Source: Arcobacteraceae bacterium
GTDB taxonomy: Bacteria; Campylobacterota; Campylobacteria; Campylobacterales; Arcobacteraceae
Length of the DNA stretch: 19,153 nt
Direction of reading: 5' to 3'
NCBI GenBank assembly: GCA_048268245.1
Contig: JBLWVX010000039.1
Span: forward strand, 1-19,153
Of this stretch, positions 15,826 to 19,153 are shown one piece after another. The position numbers and the translations under genes are program-made. The notes under the pieces were generated by a model. The model searched no databases. It worked only from the letters and a program-made list of their open reading frames with translations, and was not told the origin of the DNA. Each line of letters starts with the position of its first letter. Positions within the stretch are counted from its first letter, which is position 1.

Positions 15826-17175
15826 ATGGCTAAAAAGAAAAAAACACTATTTGAGTGTCAACACTGTGGAGAACAATCAACAAAATGGTTAGGTAAATGT
15901 CCTAACTGTGGAGGATGGGATAGTTTTGTAGAATTAAATCAAGAGCAACAAGAAGTATTAAAACAAGTATCAAAAGTTACTTCAAGTGCTTCAAAAGCAA
16001 AAGCTATAACTGAAATTGTTCAAGATGATGTTACAAGATTTAGTTCACATAACGAAGAGTTTGATTTAGTTTTAGGTGGAGGAATTGTTCCAGGTAGTTT
16101 AACTCTAATTGGAGGAAGTCCAGGTGTTGGTAAGTCTACTTTACTTCTTAAAGTAGCAGGAAGTATTGCCTTTTCAGGGAAAAAAGTTTTATATGTATCA
16201 GGTGAAGAGAGTGCTGGTCAGATAAAATTGCGAGCAAATAGACTTGAAGCAAATAGCGATAAAATGTTTCTATTAAGTGAAATAAAACTAGAAGAAATCC
16301 AAGATGAACTACTTAGACAAGATTATGAAGTATGTATTATTGACTCTATTCAAACTATCTATTCTTCAAACCTAACATCAGCACCTGGAAGTGTAAGTCA
16401 AGTTCGTGAAATCACTTTTGAGCTTATGAGAAAAGCAAAAGAGTCTAATATAGCTATGTTTATAATTGGACATATAACAAAAGATGGAAGTATTGCAGGA
16501 CCTAGAGTACTTGAACATATGGTTGATACAGTTTTATACTTTGAAGGAGAAGCCTCAAAAGAGCTTAGAATGTTAAGAGGTTTTAAAAATAGATTTGGTT
16601 CTACATCTGAAATTGGTATTTTTGAGATGACAGGAGAAGGATTAGTTAGTGCAAAAGATATAGCCTCTAAGTTTTTTGATAAAACAAAAGCTCAAAGTGG
16701 TTCTGCTTTAACTGTATCCATGGAAGGTTCAAGGGCTTTAATACTTGAAGTTCAAGCTTTAGTAACAGAATCAACACATCCAAACCCTAAAAGAAGTGCA
16801 ACAGGCTTTGATGTAAATAGATTAAATATGCTTTTAGCCCTACTTGAAAAAAAGATTGATTTACCTCTAAATCACTATGATGTATTTGTAAATATAAGTG
16901 GTGGTATCAAAATAAAAGAAAGTTCTGCTGATTTAGCTGTTGTTGCAGCTATTATCTCCTCTTTTAGAGACAGACCTATTTCAAAAGAGTCAGTATTTAT
17001 TGGGGAAGTTTCACTTACAGGTGAAATTAAAGATGTATACTCAATGGATATGAGACTAAAAGAAGCCCAAGCTCAAGGTATAAAGAAAGCTGTAATATCA
17101 CAAAAACCAAACCTAAACCTTAAACTAAAGTGCTTTGCTGTTGATGAAGTACCAAAGATGATTGAACTATTTTAA
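15826..17175 (+). CDS. radA: DNA repair protein RadA (Sms)
   Basis: C4 zinc finger, GSPGVGKS, KNRFG and Lon-like C-terminus; TATAAT at 15793-15798. Confidence 0.97.
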   Translation: MAKKKKTLFECQHCGEQSTKWLGKCPNCGGWDSFVELNQEQQEVLKQVSKVTSSASKAKAITEIVQDDVTRFSSHNEEFDLVLGGGIVPGSLTLIGGSPGVGKSTLLLKVAGSIAFSGKKVLYVSGEESAGQIKLRANRLEANSDKMFLLSEIKLEEIQDELLRQDYEVCIIDSIQTIYSSNLTSAPGSVSQVREITFELMRKAKESNIAMFIIGHITKDGSIAGPRVLEHMVDTVLYFEGEASKELRMLRGFKNRFGSTSEIGIFEMTGEGLVSAKDIASKFFDKTKAQSGSALTVSMEGSRALILEVQALVTESTHPNPKRSATGFDVNRLNMLLALLEKKIDLPLNHYDVFVNISGGIKIKESSADLAVVAAIISSFRDRPISKESVFIGEVSLTGEIKDVYSMDMRLKEAQAQGIKKAVISQKPNLNLKLKCFAVDEVPKMIELF

Positions 17176-17245
17176 ACTAATTTTTTTCTTTTATCTTTTA
17201 ATTTGCAAAACTTAGATACAATCGCGCAAATTAAAAGGGAAAAAA

Positions 17246-17665
17246 ATGATTGATATAGAAAACAACTCCTCTTTAAAGTTTGACTTAACAAAACTTGAAG
17301 AGATAGCTTCATATGTAACTTCAAAAGATATTGAACTAATTATCACAAACAATGATGAAATTCAAGAGCTAAATAAACAGCATCGAAGCATAGATAAACC
17401 AACTGATGTATTAAGTTTCCCTTTAGAGTTTGATATGCCTAATATGCCAGTTGGATCAATAGTAATCTCAGAAGAGTTTGTAAAAAACAAAGCAAATGAG
17501 TATAGACACAAAGAAGAAGAAGAGTTTTTTCTTCTTTTTATTCATGGATTACTTCATTTAGTTGGATATGACCATGAAGTTGACAATGGAGAGCATAGAG
17601 ATAAAGAAGAAGAGTTGATTAATAAATTTAATCTACCAAAAAGTTTAATAGTAAGGAATTCATAA
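17246..17665 (+). CDS. ybeY: rRNA maturation endoribonuclease YbeY
   Basis: DKPTDVLSFP and HGLLHLVGYDH motifs. Confidence 0.95.
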   Translation: MIDIENNSSLKFDLTKLEEIASYVTSKDIELIITNNDEIQELNKQHRSIDKPTDVLSFPLEFDMPNMPVGSIVISEEFVKNKANEYRHKEEEEFFLLFIHGLLHLVGYDHEVDNGEHRDKEEELINKFNLPKSLIVRNS

Positions 17666-18586
17666 ATGGATTTTATAATTTTTACAATAGCAATGGCTGC
17701 ACTTATATATGGAGCAGATTTTATTATTGAGCAAAGTGAAAAGATTGCACTTCATTACAATATCTCACATTTTGTAATTGGAGCTACTTTAATTGCAGTA
17801 GGAACATCACTACCTGAAATGGCTGTATCTATGTCAGCGTCTATGAAAGGAAGTGCAGATATTGCCGTAGCAAATGTTGTTGGAAGTACAATATTTAATA
17901 TAGCCCTAGTTTTAGGTGCTGTTTTTCTTGTTGCTAAAAAAATATCTCCAGATAGAGACCTTTTTGCAAAAGATTCAGCTTGGGCATTATTTCCTATTTT
18001 AGTATTTATTCTAATGGGAATTGATGGTAAAATAAATATAGTTGATGGTGTTTTATTCCTTTTATTAATGGCTGCTTATTTAATCTTCTTAATTAGTTCA
18101 AATCAAGTTGAAAAAATAGATGAAGATTTAGCAAAAGAAAAATTTGCATGGGGAAAAACATCTGTCTTACTACTTGTTGGTTTTGTATTTGTAGTAGGAG
18201 GTGCTGATTTTGCTATTGATAGTGCTGGAAACATTGCAAGAAACTTTGGTATTTCAGAGTGGTTAATCGGACTATTTTTAGTTGCTTTTGGTACATCTTT
18301 ACCAGAACTTACAATCTCAATTAAATCTGCTATGAAAAATAATGCAGATTTAGCAATAGGTAATATTATTGGATCAAACGTTGCTAACTTTACGATGGTA
18401 TTAGGACTAGCTTCAATTCTTAATCCTTTAAATGTAGACTTAAATCTTTACTTCTTTGATATAGCAGCAGCAGTTATATTATCACTTATGTTAGTATTTA
18501 TTACAGCAAATAGACTTTATAATAAAAGTGCAGGAATTGTTTTATTAGTAGTTTTAGGATTAGTAATCCAAAATAGTTTAGCTTAA
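17666..18586 (+). CDS. Calcium/sodium antiporter (YrbG-like, CaCA family)
   Basis: Two alpha-repeats: GTSLPE...NVVGS and GTSLPE...NIIGSN. Confidence 0.93.
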   Translation: MDFIIFTIAMAALIYGADFIIEQSEKIALHYNISHFVIGATLIAVGTSLPEMAVSMSASMKGSADIAVANVVGSTIFNIALVLGAVFLVAKKISPDRDLFAKDSAWALFPILVFILMGIDGKINIVDGVLFLLLMAAYLIFLISSNQVEKIDEDLAKEKFAWGKTSVLLLVGFVFVVGGADFAIDSAGNIARNFGISEWLIGLFLVAFGTSLPELTISIKSAMKNNADLAIGNIIGSNVANFTMVLGLASILNPLNVDLNLYFFDIAAAVILSLMLVFITANRLYNKSAGIVLLVVLGLVIQNSLA

Positions 18587-18599
18587 GCTAAACTATTTT
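18570..18599. terminator. Perfect 30-bp palindrome at convergent gene ends, probable bidirectional terminator
   Basis: AAAATAGTTTAGCTT|AAGCTAAACTATTTT spans both stop codons. Confidence 0.7.
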
Positions 18600-18997
18600 A
18601 AACATTTAGGACAAAGTCCGCTAAGTACTATATCAGCACTTTGAATTTTAAAATTACTCTTTATAGCAGCTTCTTCTAAAACATTTGAACTATTTACGAT
18701 TACATCTTCAATATAACCACAAGATGAACAAACCATGTGTGCATGTTCTTCTTTTACTAACTCATAAACTGATTTAGAATTTGGTATCTTTACTTCTGAA
18801 AGAAATACTTTTTCAACCATTGCATTGATATTTTTATATATCGTTGCTAAAGATATAGATGGGAACTTTGCTAATAGCTTTTTATATAAATCATCAATAT
18901 TCATATGTCCATTCATATAAAGTTCTTCTACTATTGCCACTCTTTGAGGAGTAACTTTTAAATCATAATCTTTTAGTAAACTTGTATAATTTGTCAT
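18593..18997 (-). CDS. Fur-family transcriptional regulator, PerR-like
   Basis: TPQR, SISLATIYK, HAHMVCSSCGYIED and CPKC motifs. Start moved to ATG 18997, which follows AAGGA. Confidence 0.9.
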   Translation of the reverse strand: MTNYTSLLKDYDLKVTPQRVAIVEELYMNGHMNIDDLYKKLLAKFPSISLATIYKNINAMVEKVFLSEVKIPNSKSVYELVKEEHAHMVCSSCGYIEDVIVNSSNVLEEAAIKSNFKIQSADIVLSGLCPKCLK

Positions 18998-19153
18998 AGT
19001 TTCTCTTCCTTTCGTGAAATAATACAATATATATCATTTAATTTCACATAATTTACATATATAATCTTATAAAAATTATACACTTATTTTCATAATTTAA
19101 ATTATATCATAAAATTTATTAAATGAGAATAATATACCTAAACTTAAAGGAAA

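Noticed and set aside
1..19153. CRISPR arrays, tRNA and rRNA genes
   Set aside because: No repeat-spacer periodicity seen; the intergenic gaps are short, AT-rich and lack tRNA or rRNA signatures.

Overview
Very AT-rich chromosomal window whose gene content and order suggest Campylobacterota, probably Arcobacteraceae (inference). It opens with the degraded right end of an IS3-family element, followed by a TIGR02757-type gene, a nitroreductase and an SDR. Housekeeping and metabolic genes fill most of the rest: NhaC-family transporter, lipoprotein, fccAB sulfide dehydrogenase, lone dppC-like permease, rsmD, rny, 5-formyl-THF cyclo-ligase, TlpA, ftsY, YqiA-like esterase, RNase H, DUF2007-like protein, radA, ybeY, Ca/Na antiporter and a PerR-like Fur regulator. 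The main point of interest is a ~1.9 kb extra-AT-rich islet (about 2917-4790) between the convergent SDR and NhaC genes. It holds (i) a divergent Thg1-like (tRNA-His guanylyltransferase / 3'-5' polymerase) gene, (ii) a 45-aa Asn/Gly/Lys-rich peptide gene missing from the ORF track and translationally coupled to the Thg1-like gene, (iii) a divergent 106-aa putative regulator with tandem GGGGACAAAA repeats around its start codon, and (iv) a zinc-ribbon/membrane/Cys-rich protein. This may be an undescribed four-gene module; its function is not established from sequence alone.
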